Shown: positions 24,201-36,365 of the stretch, in pieces
How positions within the stretch are numbered: position 1 is the first letter of the stretch
How the letters are laid out: each line of letters starts with the position of its first letter
Assembly: GCA_030295235.1 (NCBI GenBank)
Contig: AP026136.1
Location: 1,302,001-1,366,000, forward strand
Length of the DNA stretch: 64,000 nt
Direction: 5' to 3'
From: Fistulifera solaris
Lineage: Eukaryota
Notes under the pieces: model-generated
The model's input: only the letters and a program-made list of their open reading frames with translations
Database searches by the model: none
What the model was told of the DNA's origin: nothing
Made by a program: the position numbers and the translations under genes

Positions 24201-25387
24201 CCAGTGGTATCGCCACATTACGTTCCAATCACGGTGCGGTGGAATTTTTTCGTCGCAAGTTTCAAGAGGCACACGATGGGCATACACGGGCGTTCTTCGC
24301 GTTCATTGCGGCTTCTCGGTGGCTTGGGTTTCGTATGGACGCGATCCTGTTTCTCTTTCTGTGCATAGTCACAATCTTGTCGGTTGTTTGTTTCCTGACT
24401 GGCTTTCTGTCGATTGACCCTTTAATCTTGGGATTGACCTTAAGTTTGCTGCTACAACTGGCTGGCTTGTTCCAATGGTGCATTCGACAAAGTGCGGAAG
24501 TAGAGAATCAGATGGTCAGCGTGGAGCGCGTTTTGGCTTTTGGGCAATTGCAATCTGAGGCACCGCTTGAGCAAGGAAAAGATGCTGAGCTTTTGCGCCA
24601 GGGGTGGCCTTCAGCGGGTTCTTTGGAATATAATAATGTGACGGTGCGCTACCGACCCAGTCTACCTCCAGCGTTGCAAGCTGTGTCTTTTAAGGTTCCA
24701 GCAGGTGCGAGAGTAGGAATTGTGGGGAGAACAGGAGCAGGAAAGAGTAGCTTAGTACAGTCTCTCTTTCGATTACTGGAAGCTGAAGATGGTCAAATTT
24801 TGATTGATGGCGTAGATATTCAGCCGCTGGGTTTGCACGCTTTGCGGAAACGCGTCTCGGTCATCCCTCAAGCCCCGACTTTGTTCAGCGGGTGCTCCGT
24901 GCGCGAGAATGTGGACACAGAAGGCACTTGTAGCGAGACAGAACTGATTCAAGTGATGGAGACTTGCCATTTATCGCACACGATTTCAAAATTGCCGAAT
25001 GGCCTAGACTCTTTGGTAGAAGAGAATGGTGCCAATTTTTCTGTTGGTCAGAGACAGTTGCTCTGCTTGGCTCGAGCTCTATTAAAACGCAATCCGATAT
25101 TAGTGCTCGACGAAGCAACCGCGTCGGTCGACCGAAAGACGGATCAGTACATACAGGAGGCTTTGAAAAAGTTGTACAAAGGGACGGTTTTGGCGGTTGC
25201 CCATCGTCTTGATACAGTGATTGAATGTGACTTGATTCTGGTGCTGGGTCAGGGGCGTGTACTCGAATTCGGAACCCCGGCAGAGTTGCTGGACAAGACC
25301 GATGGCGTGTTCACTCAAATGGTGCAAGACACAGGAGATCGGATGGCTCAAGAATTACGAGCGCGAGCATTACGTAGGCGGGGTTAA
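21261..25387 (+). CDS. ABCC/MRP-type ABC transporter (TMD-NBD-TMD-NBD)
   Basis: NBD1 has GAVGAGKS, SGGQRARISLARA and LDDPL; NBD2 has GRTGAGKS, FSVGQRQLLCLARA, LDEAT and AHRL. Split into 4 ORFs by single-base shifts at homopolymers near 22265, 23485 and 23915. Confidence 0.92.
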
Positions 25388-25844
25388 GAGGAAATAAAAG
25401 GAACACTAGACTGTTTTCATTTTGCTGTTTCTGTTTTCGACTGACGATCGTCAAACGCTGAGACGGACCCATTGAGTTTCGATAGCAGTAAAAATTAGAG
25501 CAATAATAAGGCTAAACGTGCTCTAAAGAAAGCCTGTCTCAATCGTTGCATTTAATGCTCGCCTGTTCTGTTAGCAAAAGCTTTCTGATGTCATTCTTGA
25601 TCTCTGTCGATCTTAAAGCAGAGGGGTCGCTTGCGATACGAGAAGATATGAATTGAGAATGTGCATCAACAATATCATCAGCGATTAGAACACATCGACG
25701 ACTTTACAAGTTCGGTAGAGGTTTTTAGAAATAGCTTTATGCCTTCCCCTCTACCTGGTAAGCAAAATGTTCCTTTCTAAAACTTTATGAAGACGTTTTT
25801 CATCCAAATTTAGTTCATCTAAAAAGTTTTTTTGATTTTTATTG

Positions 25845-26165
25845 CTCGCGAGCAATGGGCAGACGCCGGAAGGCGTCTTTCATACTCAATAAATTTCGTT
25901 CGTCGCATTCGCCATCGACAACAAACTAGCGTTTCAATCAAATTTTGCATGATTTCTGCTTTTATTTTTCAGTTAAAGACTCATAGAGTTTTGATACAAG
26001 GGCATTCATTTTTAGTTTTTTTGAAGTTGACAAAATCGAGCATTTGGGTGTGCACGGTATGAAACGTAAGCTCTTTCTTCTTCCCTTGGCTGCGAAGGTT
26101 GGCTCTCTCGAACTTTGGTTATTTTCAAGCATACTACCGGCGTCGAGGCCGATATGCATTCTGTC
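25845..26165 (+). repeat. Dispersed intergenic repeat or non-autonomous element relic (related to 41790-42610)
   Basis: gagcaatgggcagacgccg, ctcaataaatttc..tcgccatcgaca.caaactagcgttt and tcgaggcc.a.atgca are shared with the 41.8-42.6 kb region. Confidence 0.7.
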
Positions 26166-26284
26166 AAAATGATGACAAAAAAAGCTCAGTCTCTACCTAA
26201 CCCAGATGTCTTTAGACCCGATCAAAAATATCAAAAATATATGTGACGTAGACTATTCTATACAAAATTTATGTGCATCTAACT

Positions 26285-27903
26285 CTATACTGCCACGGGA
26301 ACGAACTTGACATTCTTGGTAGCGCAGACTGGGCATGTTTCTCCGAGTCCTTCAGCGACGCATGCCTCGCAAAATGCATAATGCATGCAGGGTGCCGCGA
26401 TGTGAGAGCGCGTACCAAGTCCACATACTACACAAGGCGGCAACGCACCGGATTTCGTGGAAGACATGGTAGACATGTCGTGCGCGATATCGTTGTGAGC
26501 AGCTTCTTTTGACTTCTTTTCAATGAGACCCGGTGGTCGCTGTTCGAGCGCTCTTTGCCGCGCCAGGTATTCTTGACGCTTCTTTTCGATCCGTTGGAAC
26601 TCTTCCAGTTCTTTTTGTTGCATTTTCTTTTGCATTGCACTATCCGATACTTCCTCTTGCAAAACTTTTTCCGCAGCGTCAGACTTGCTCTGCTTGAAAA
26701 TATCTAGGAACGAACCGCGATGCTTCGAGTTGGTTGCACTATCACTTGTTGTCTTTTGCTCAGCGGGAACAGCTTTTATCTGGGCCGCTTGAAACATTCG
26801 TGACGAAAATCCTGGTTTCGCCCCCGATTCCACCTGCCGCCTTTGATGACGATACCACTGTCGTTCTGCTTGCTCTTGCTTGATAACTAGAAGTTTATCC
26901 GTCGTCTTTTTGGTTCTCGAAAAGTTTTTCGTTCGTGTGCTTTCAACCCATCTTCCGTGAGACGCATGACACCCCGAACCGGTCCATTGACAAGTTCTGC
27001 ATCCTGAACACCCTTGGGTTGCAACGACTCGGACATTGTCGTAACCGTGTCATCTTCTTCAGCGCCCAGCAGCTTCAGTCCCACTAGCGGACTAAATTCG
27101 GATCCCTCACTGCAATAGGATGAATTATCTCGTGCTTTTGGACTCGTCACGTGTTCGGGTAATACAAATGGTGCTTTGGGCGATTTGACGTCGGCTCCGA
27201 AGCGTAATTTCGATGAATTACTCCCGCGCTTGTTGTTGTTTGAGTCTTCCGACGCCGTTCGTGGTCTCAGAATACTAGGAAGTGATTTAGAAGATGTCGT
27301 GAATGGCTTGACAGGTTCATTATGCGACGGGTCCGAAAATTGAGCCGAACGAGACATTGAAGAAGCTTTGGAAGGAACAGGTGAGTCTTTAATCGAAGCA
27401 TATACATCCCGAAGAGGTTGCTGGTTCTTTTTGGGTGAATCACAAACAGGTTCGAAGCGACTGTAAGACCGATTCTTGTGTTCGGTAGGCATATTAGTCT
27501 GTTCCACATTAATATTCGTTGAGTCGTCTGCGTCAGGAGAACGCAAAGGAATCACTCTGTTCCGTTTTTGAGAAGCAGAAGACGGAGAAGTCTTTTCGTT
27601 GGGACTATTACCGATTCCCAAGCGAACATTTTGTTTGTAAGTCCTTAATTGATCTTCGATATCTGTCACATCCAAAAGGTTGCGTCCGCTGGCTCTCGTG
27701 TTTGCCTCCGAATGTCCCGTACATGTCACTGCATCAGGACTCGTGAATACAGATCCTGCTCCGACGGTATCGTCATCAAGAAGTTCAAAAGGTCCCTTTC
27801 GAGTTGTCGTGTTATTGTGACGATTGTGTTTCTTCAAACCTTTCCCTTGTGAAGATTCTTTCGCTTTGCGTGATCTGCCGTTTTGAAACCACATGACGTT
27901 CAT
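26285..27903 (-). CDS. Low-complexity protein with C-terminal C3HC4 RING finger (putative E3 ligase)
   Basis: C-terminal CVVC..APCMHYAFCEAC..CPVC. Adding one A at the run near 26908 fuses ORFs 26887-27903 and 26285-26833 (PKKTTDKLLVIKQEQAERQWYRHQRRQVESG). Confidence 0.75.
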
Positions 27904-28873
27904 TTGTTAATACTAATTTGACGTTAATTACGACTTTTGCAAGGCATTCATGAGAAATGATGAAAGACGACGAAGAAGTAGGAGAAATAGAAATGATGGA
28001 GTTGCACATTCGACCGACGCGAAAAACAAAACGGTGGCCGAAAAACCATTCGGTGGTTTTCCACTCTCGAAAGGAGGGCAGATGGAGCATTTTGCGGACA
28101 AATTTGTGTCACACAAGCAGGCCAAGCACGCAGTCACAGCTGAACGACTCAATTACTACGAAAATGTCACAAATAGACGTTTTGTATTTAATACGTGTTG
28201 AGTCTTGTTTGTTAGGTAGAACGGGGTAAAAACTTGAATCACGATACTCTATCATATCATTGGTCGCCCGTCGCTTGCTACATAACAGCACGACTGACAT
28301 GACGTGACACAGAAAGTTCCTATGATACTCGGAGTATCATGTCGCTCCGGGTCCGTGTATCCCCCGTTCATTCCCTACTGGGCACTGGTACGGAGCGTAG
28401 CGTACACGTAGTACCGGCACTTGCACGGCATCGTTCATCCTTTCAATATTTTTTGAGTTCAATCGATGTTGTTTATCAACGGAGACACGGGAACGCACCT
28501 CTGCTTGGTACATTTCTCTACGGGGGCCTACGTGAGTGTACACTTTTTCCCGCACCTTGCTGGAAAGTTGTTTCAGACTTCACAGAAATTCTGTATACTT
28601 TCCCTAGTTCTGGAGACGGTGAATTTCATCAATCAGAAAATCTGATTATTCTCCAGAAACAAGAGAGTTCTTCAACATCAAAATTTTTGTTCCGTGTTCT
28701 GTTTGTTTGCAGATTGCACAGTTATCACCTCTCACGACGACGCGTAAAGGGAAGTGTGCAAGTGATGCTCTTTTGTTACAAGTCCTCATCATTCGAACAT
28801 AAAGTCTATCCGTTTCATTCACTGATATGTGAATTTCGTCTTTTGACTAGTAAAGAACGAACGAAATAGGGAA

Positions 28874-30305
28874 ATGGACGAAAAACTTTTGAGTCTCGAA
28901 GGAGACGAGTACTTTTACAGGAACAACAAGGCAATTTGCTTGCCCCGTCGCCTCTTTGACAGTACGAACGGATGTATCTTATCCGAATACACAAGAAAGA
29001 CCCGTTCGTGCGTATCGCAATAGAGGAGCAGCTTTCTTATTTCTGATGCACCTGGCGGTCGTTTTTTATTGCGCTTTACAAGGAGGATGGCCCGTCGCCG
29101 TCGAACGACGATTGTTGGGTCTTTTGTTCCTCACAGGATGCACGGCAGTCGCTCTTTCGACGATAGCGTGGTATGCTATGACGCAATATTCACAGCATTT
29201 TGTCGTCGTGGCGTTAAGTTCGACCTTTGCGGGGCATTTCTTTGCCGCTGGTGTCTTGCTTTATTTTCGTTGGTGGTCGGGAATGCTTCTTACTATCGCA
29301 TTTGCCGCGGTAACGTTGATTTATTTGCGAATGGTATGGGATCGGACGCATGTAGCAGCAGCACAGCTGCAAGTGGCGCTACAAGCAATTGAACGTAATA
29401 AAGCGGTGCTCTCCCTGGCCTATTTCATATTACTTGCACTGCAATTGTGGGTGTTAATATGGCTCATGGCTTGGCTAGGATTTTATAATCTAACTTATGG
29501 AGAGAACTGTTCGGGTTATAACGACAACGACAATCAAGGCTATCACTGCACAGTTCGATTGAGAGGACACGTTGGTGTTCTAATTTGGTTTTGGTTGTCT
29601 TTCTTCTGGACGACTCAAGTTCTCCGAAACGTGTTGCGTGTGACTGTAGCAGGTGTGGTGGGATCTTTTGTTTGTTGTCCCGAATATCCAGCAATAGGGG
29701 AAGCGTTCCGGCATGCAACGACATCTTCCTTTGGTTCGATATGCTTCGGAAGTCTTTTGACGGCATTACTTCAAGCTATGTATCAGATTTGCCGCATGCT
29801 TCAGAGGACATCCTCCTCCTCATCAGGAAACGTTTTCGTTTGCATCGTCGACTGTATTGTGGGGTTCTTAGAGCGACTTACGGTTTACTTCCACAAATGG
29901 AGTTACATCTACATTGGTCTTTATGGGGACGACTACTTGACCGCAGGACAAAATGTGCTGCAACTTTTTCGGGAACGTGGTTGGGATACGATCATTACCG
30001 ATCAACTCGTTGTACGAACGCTTCAGTTGTCTGCGACAATGGTAGGCGTTAGTACAGGTGCACTCGCACTGTTGATGGGGCCGTCTTTACATTGGTCAAA
30101 ACTTGTTACATTTGCGATACCGGCGCTACTGGGAGGAACTCTGTCTTCCATTTTATTTCTCAGTGTCGTCGGGGCGGCTGTAGATGCCATCATAGTTCTC
30201 TTTGCGGAAGCGCCACTCGAACTTGAGCGAAATCATCCCGGGCTTTATCGGCAGATGGTTACAGCTTGGTCCCAGCTGTATCCCGACGAATTCCGTGCCC
30301 CCTGA
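28874..30305 (+). CDS. Choline transporter-like (CTL/SLC44/PNS1 family) membrane protein
   Basis: 'SFFWTTQVLRNV..VTVAG', 'TSSFGSICFGSL', 'YFHKWSYIYIGLYG..YL.AG' and 'VDAIIVLFAEAP'; about 10 TM segments. The probable ATG at 28874 needs a frameshift before 28956. Confidence 0.88.
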
Positions 30306-30618
30306 ATGCATCAGGCGAGGATATGGATGATGTAAATTACTTAGTCTACAAATAATGTAAGCCACTAAAGACTTAAAATTCTCGCTGCGCAAACTTCTAG
30401 CTTTCTCGAACAATAGTTTAGCAATATGCTGTCTGAAGACAGCTGCCGTCAGGAATGAGTAGCGACTACGAAAGTCACATTGCTAAAGCGGTTCATCCAC
30501 GACACAGCTAGACACAAATTGTTGAGGTTTAGATTCGGCAAGAAAATCGCAGTTACACTTTATTTTGTTTCCAAGCTTGCATTGTATTAGCGACGAATCT
30601 CTGATCATATTGCAACCT

Positions 30619-33269
30619 TTATTGTCGTTTCTTCAGCTCGACATCAATATTGTGACGAATGAGACCCAAGTCGGCACTAACCATTGCCCACCACGCCGCT
30701 ATGGTGGTGCATAAGACTAAGATCGGTGGAAAACCGAACAAGTTTCTCTGACCGTCGATTTCTTCCACATGTAGCAAGTCTAATGTCTTGTTCAAGAAAG
30801 ATACGAGGAAAGCGGCACTCCCACCGCCCCATCGATTTGCTAGTGTGTCCACGATGGGCTTTGCCTCATACCGTGCTTCGTTCGAAAGCCCTCTCCATAA
30901 GGATTCACGAACAGGTTTTGCAACGGCCATGTTCATCACTTTACAGAACTCATCAACAATCAGGAAAATATATAGATTGGGCGGTTTTCCATTGTAAGCA
31001 TTGTGCCACCAAGCTAGGTAAAGCGCACCCGCAAAACGTGCTATGGGCATCAGCGACAATGTTCCCCTCGGTCCAAACGTGGCAGCAACAAAAGCGCCTG
31101 CACCAGTAGCTTGTAAAACAAAAATAGCCATGGAAGATGCCATGTTTATGTTTGCTAAGAACGCTGTGTCTGCTTGAACACTGCTTTCTTTTGTACGACC
31201 TGCAACAAGCTCTGCGCGCTGGAAACTGAGGAGCACGTTGGTGCTCGCATAAAGCGCATTGTAGGTGAAAATTGCCATCAATAGCCGCGATCGAAGAATC
31301 GTTTTAGCTCCTCGTAAAAGGCGTTGTGAGAACGTATTGTCCTCAAGGTCATTATAGTGTTTTTGTGAGTTATTTGATGAAAGGTCAGACGCAGACTTTA
31401 CCCGAGCAATTGAATTCCCGGACGCAACACGTTTCATGGTGCCCAGCGAAGACGATCTCTTCATACTGGAATCTAGGGATGTCAGGTCATTGTTTGATTG
31501 GAACAACTGTTGTTCTTCCCAGTGCTTCTGCATTACTCGACCTAATTCTATTGATAATTCAGCTGAAACTTCGAGCATGACTGCCGAAATTAGCAACAGA
31601 CCGGACAGTCTGAGAAGCTTGGCGAAAATAGACGTCACGAAGCTGCAAGAATTACCGGGATTGTAAGATTGAGCGGGCACTGATTACTCCACGACGCCAA
31701 CAAATTCTTTTGCTTACCTTCCGAGAATGCCACCCACCGTTCCACCGAAACTCACCAGCGCCATTCTTTGAAGCCGCGTTGTAGTCTGTTCCACCACAGT
31801 CTTCTTTTGTGCAACTTCCTCGTATTCCATGGCTTCTGTAGTAACGCCCCACATTAACGAAATAGAGTGCAGCTTCATCAAGTGCACAATAAGAAAGAAG
31901 GCTACATACATTGCAAGTGCCAGAGTCTGCAACACAGAAATCGGAAGAGAATTAAAAATAGGTCTCATCCATGCATTCATTTGACTGAGGTTCTCTCCGT
32001 TCGAACCTAGCAGATGCATTATGTCAAATATAAAGGCATATGAAACCAAAACGAAAGCAAAGCAACGATAAAATAGCGCGAGCGAGGTTCCTTGCGTTTC
32101 TCCTCGAGTCAGTCCCATTTTTTCCATAATCTTCGACGAGACGGATCTGGTGCTTCAAATAGCCATCCAATCGGCACGGAACTGCAAAATGCCATAAGCA
32201 TACTTAACAATGTCAGTTTCGGAACGTGGGCGACACCTATCTGCAGAGCAATAGCATCTCGCATTGGAGTCAGCACATGATTGGCGCAGGTGACATGTAA
32301 AAGAGCCCAAAAGCCTATCCAAGTGGCCGTTGTGAACGGTGTATAGTGTTGCCGTAACAGATATTTCGAGAGTGTTGCATAGAAAAATGTGGACTTGTAC
32401 TGCGGGATGAAAGCTTCAGGGTCATCCTCTTTCTTTTTCCGAAGAGGGCTATTCGGTTTGAGTTTCGTCGCTTCTTCTATCCTCTCTGCCTCTTGAAGGA
32501 GGGCCTGCATATTGTCCCAGCTCTTGATGGTTGGCGGTAGCGGTAGTTGCGTTTTCTCCGCTGCTCTTGCCAGGCGTTTATGATGATCGCTGTCTCCTTC
32601 TTCGATTAGATCTTTCTCTTCGGCAATGATGCTGGGTTGTCGGGCGTGTTGACGATGTAGCTGTAGTTGTTGCTTGAGCCAAGTATCTGTTTCGTTTTCG
32701 ACAGCAGAGGAAGAAAATAATTGTGGATGTAAGGGCGGCTTTGGAGTTGATGACGCAATCTGAGCTCGTAAAACAGATCGTTCCATCTCTATCGGAGAAG
32801 GGAGGAATGAGGATGAGGGAGATAACTCCATTGCTTCCATTTTGCATTGAAGCTCATCGTCCTTATTGTCGAATGACGACCTCTGATTCGATTCGAAAAG
32901 CGTCGTATGTTCTCCGGTCAGCTCTGACGAATCTCGGGTTACTTCATCGGAAAAGCATGTAATTGTTTTATCTACAGTAAGCGAGTTTAGAGTTTCATTC
33001 ATCAGCGAACTCTCTTGCGCGCGCTCATTAGACACAATGGCCTCAGGAGTATTCTTAATCTGGACGGTGTCGCTAATTAGTTCCAGAGCGACTAGTTCCT
33101 CATTCTTTGCGACTTTCGAACACATTTGCAGCTGCAGATTATCTTCTATGCGAGTCTCATCATTTGCAATTGTGCTCCGGTGAAACGCCGGATTTTCCGG
33201 AGAAATACTGTCCGATGTTGCGGTCGTCCATTCCTCTTCGTCGCTTGCTTTTTGCGTCGTGTCTACCAT
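30619..33269 (-). CDS. TLC/NTT-like (ATP:ADP antiporter family) MFS transporter with long acidic N-terminal extension
   Basis: 'LTPMRDAIAL', 'KPVRESLW' and 'RYEAKPIVDTLANRWG' match TLC-family motifs. Intron about 31644-31717; homopolymer frameshift near 32120. Confidence 0.75.
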
Positions 33270-34276
33270 AGTGCATAAAAACCAAAATGTAAGCGTGAAT
33301 CAAGGAGCTTGAAACGCCCATAAATCATAATGCATCAACAAAGACACTGAATAAGGTTTTCTCTCGAATCAGGAGTTACTCTTTTGCTTTCGGTGTGTCA
33401 ATCGTCGATCGATTATTGTTTCATTGCACCGCAGAGGAAATAAATAATGATGTAAAGGGCTTACCGGTACTGAAACGCACGTACATGCCTTCGTAGCACG
33501 GATGAAACAGTCGACAGGCAAGTGGACGCATGACTCTCATGACTCAAAACAAGCGATCCAGTCGGGAAATTGTTTTGGTGTGGTGGTGATCATCAATCTT
33601 GATGGGGCGGGGAGCCTGTAGGCGGGGTTTTGGTTGATAAAAATGCATCATGGGGAACGCTTAGGAAAAAGTATGAAAATTGATGCAGGAATGTAGCATT
33701 AGTTAGTTTTGCATTGATCTTGTCAAGCATTTATCAAGTGGTTTTGAGGTAGCAAAACGTACCGCTTTACACTTTATCGTCGCCCAATAAACGGTAAGTA
33801 ATTTGAAGCGAAACTAATGCTCTTATCGATGTTGTCGATGTGGATAAATTAGGGGCGAGAAAGAACTATGGTGTGAAGTTTAGGGTGGCTTTTTGTGAGT
33901 CAACAACATTTCAGTCCCGAAAAATGTCAATGACAAACTTCTCGAGCAACTCACACAGCTTTCAACCCTGATATAATCGTCTTTCGGGGAAGGTTTTGGT
34001 CTTTCGGTGTATTGAAAAAGACGCAGAAAGACACCGATCGTACGAAATGAAAACCAAGCTGGAAAAGAGACATGTCGAATGTTTGAGCACTTGCTGAATT
34101 CCCCAACGCTACTCGTCAGGCCAAGAAGAGAATACTTGTCGACTCAAAAGAATAGCAATGATACAGACGTTTCGAAAAATAATTTCGTAGCTAATAGTAA
34201 AATTATTGACCTAAATGTTGGCAGTAGATTGTACAGGAGGAAGACGAGCCGCACAAGGCGTCTTCTCGGTATATGT

Positions 34277-35182
34277 TCATTGCGTGGTAAAAGGAGAGCT
34301 CAGTTTGCCAAGTCCACTTTTCATTTTAGACAGTTGTCGTAAATGACGATATCTTGCTAAAGCGCTTCGCGCCTCATTAGGACTGTGTTGCACGAAGTTC
34401 ATCACGTGTTCATCGTGATGAATGGGGTTAAAGAGCAAATTTTGCATGTCGTTCTCGAGTTGTTCCGTAATGCGTTGAAGATCTTCGGATGAGAGGTTAC
34501 CGCGCGACTTAGGACTTTTGTTGATACACAAGTGATCGACCACAGGATTCGTAGCGCAAGCTCTTTCTAGAATCTTTTGACCTATTTTCGCAGCAATCAC
34601 GTCTTCTTCACAGTCTTGCGAAGCCTCTACATCTAATGCAGCAGCATACTTCTCCCAGACTTGCTCATAAGACATGCCTTGTGTTTGAAACTTGCCGTAC
34701 TTGCGATACTGACGAAAGCCATCGTACAACGAAGCTGCTAAGCGATACGGCCAGTAGCTGCGCTCACGAGCATATAGCTTCGCGGCCACCCGTGCTTGAT
34801 ACGCCAGAGGAGCGAGATCTGTCGCAGCAGAGCTCCCTTGCTGATGTGAATAATAGCGATGCAGTTCTAACAACGCCTTGGGTAACAGAGACTTGTAAAG
34901 AAGTCGCGCACTCGATGCATCCAAGTCTCCCCAAACACTGTTACGATTGCCTCCGAATGTTTCTCGTAAAGCATCGACACTTGCATATTTGCGAGCCCAT
35001 GCTTCAGCAGGTTGCCCGGGCACTAAAAACTTCCATTCCGTTTCCTGTTTTTGCCTTGTTTCTTTCTCAGTTTGCAGTTCTTTGTAGAGTTCCGGATAAT
35101 CGTGAAGAAAGGGACGAGAGACACTTAAACTCGGTATCATGAAAGCCTGACTCCATTTTAAAAAGCATAAGGTAAAAATCAT
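34277..35182 (-). CDS. Hypothetical protein with predicted signal peptide and 'SQAF' (possible plastid targeting)
   Basis: 302-codon ORF. The N-terminus MIFTLCFLKWSQAF-MIPSLS resembles the diatom ASAF bipartite motif, though the hydrophobic stretch is short. Confidence 0.65.
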   Translation of the reverse strand: MIFTLCFLKWSQAFMIPSLSVSRPFLHDYPELYKELQTEKETRQKQETEWKFLVPGQPAEAWARKYASVDALRETFGGNRNSVWGDLDASSARLLYKSLLPKALLELHRYYSHQQGSSAATDLAPLAYQARVAAKLYARERSYWPYRLAASLYDGFRQYRKYGKFQTQGMSYEQVWEKYAAALDVEASQDCEEDVIAAKIGQKILERACATNPVVDHLCINKSPKSRGNLSSEDLQRITEQLENDMQNLLFNPIHHDEHVMNFVQHSPNEARSALARYRHLRQLSKMKSGLGKLSSPFTTQ

Positions 35183-36365
35183 CAACAGAGAAGAAAATCT
35201 CCCGCGAAATTGTGTGCTGGCGGGAGACGAAGTTAACTCGAGGACGTTTGCTATTTGACATGTTGTTTGTTTCGTAATGCGCCTCTTTCTATGGTCGATG
35301 CGTCTGACACTAGCTCTGGCTTTTGCTATTCAAAAAGCAATCGATTCTCAAGATTATGAAAGGAAGAAGCGCAACGAAGAGCCTGATGAACGAAGTGATG
35401 TTTGTCCGATCCGATCAACTCTTTATTGTCAGAATTTGAGACTGAGTTTTTTACTCCGTATTAGAATTACTTGCGGAGCGAAAGCTAGAAAATCTACTTA
35501 ACATCCGTACAGCCTCCCCATCGACCAACCAATCAGCTAAGAATTTGATGCAGCTGTCCACCCGGTGGACAACTGACTGAATCTGGGTGTCAACAACACG
35601 TGGTCGACAAGTATCTTAGTGGTTAAGTTATTTAAGCTAAATGATGACGACCTCGTTTTTTATATAAAAAGAACGTTGAAGTAAAAAATGACTGCTGTCG
35701 AAGAACTGCTTCGTCATGCTTCTGCCGGGTTTCTCCGTGCAATTGCATGAATTTTGGAAGTCCCCACAAGATTCAACACTCAAGATACAAAGTTGCTCAA
35801 ATGCTACGCGCTACCGTACCGGTACCTGGTACCGTAATAACTGCACGAGAAAAAAAAGATTCAACGAAGGACCCGGAGACTGATGCAGTCACGCAACCTC
35901 ATCCGCACTCGGGACTGGGGTTGGCATGAAGGTTTGAGAATGTTCGATGAGCGCCGAACGTGAACAATGAGAGCAGTCGTCTGTATTAATCGACAATCGT
36001 TCGTAATTAATGTACTGCAGCAACACATTGGCACTCGGATTCTTCCAATGAAGAGCAGAGTGAGCCATCATGCCATCGATATTTTTTCTCAATACGACAA
36101 ATGAATACGGATTTTCGATTAAGTGTAATCCATTAAGCTTGTCTATCGCTCTATGCTAAATTGGTAGAGTAGATCAATATCTTTTCATATATTTCTTCAA
36201 GATGCTACTACAGAGCAGTGGATGCCGCCAAACAATCGAAAAATTATGTTACGTCACATTATTATGATTAGATTTAAGGTCTCATGCGTCTATAAGTGTT
36301 GGTATATTGGCTACTTACTTGACCGTATGGTTTTTGCAAACTAGATGGTTGTTATGGCTAGCCAC

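Noticed and set aside
21261..25387. Programmed ribosomal frameshifting in the ABC transporter and other genes
   Set aside because: Breaks are widespread in unrelated genes and sit at homopolymers; assembly error is simpler.
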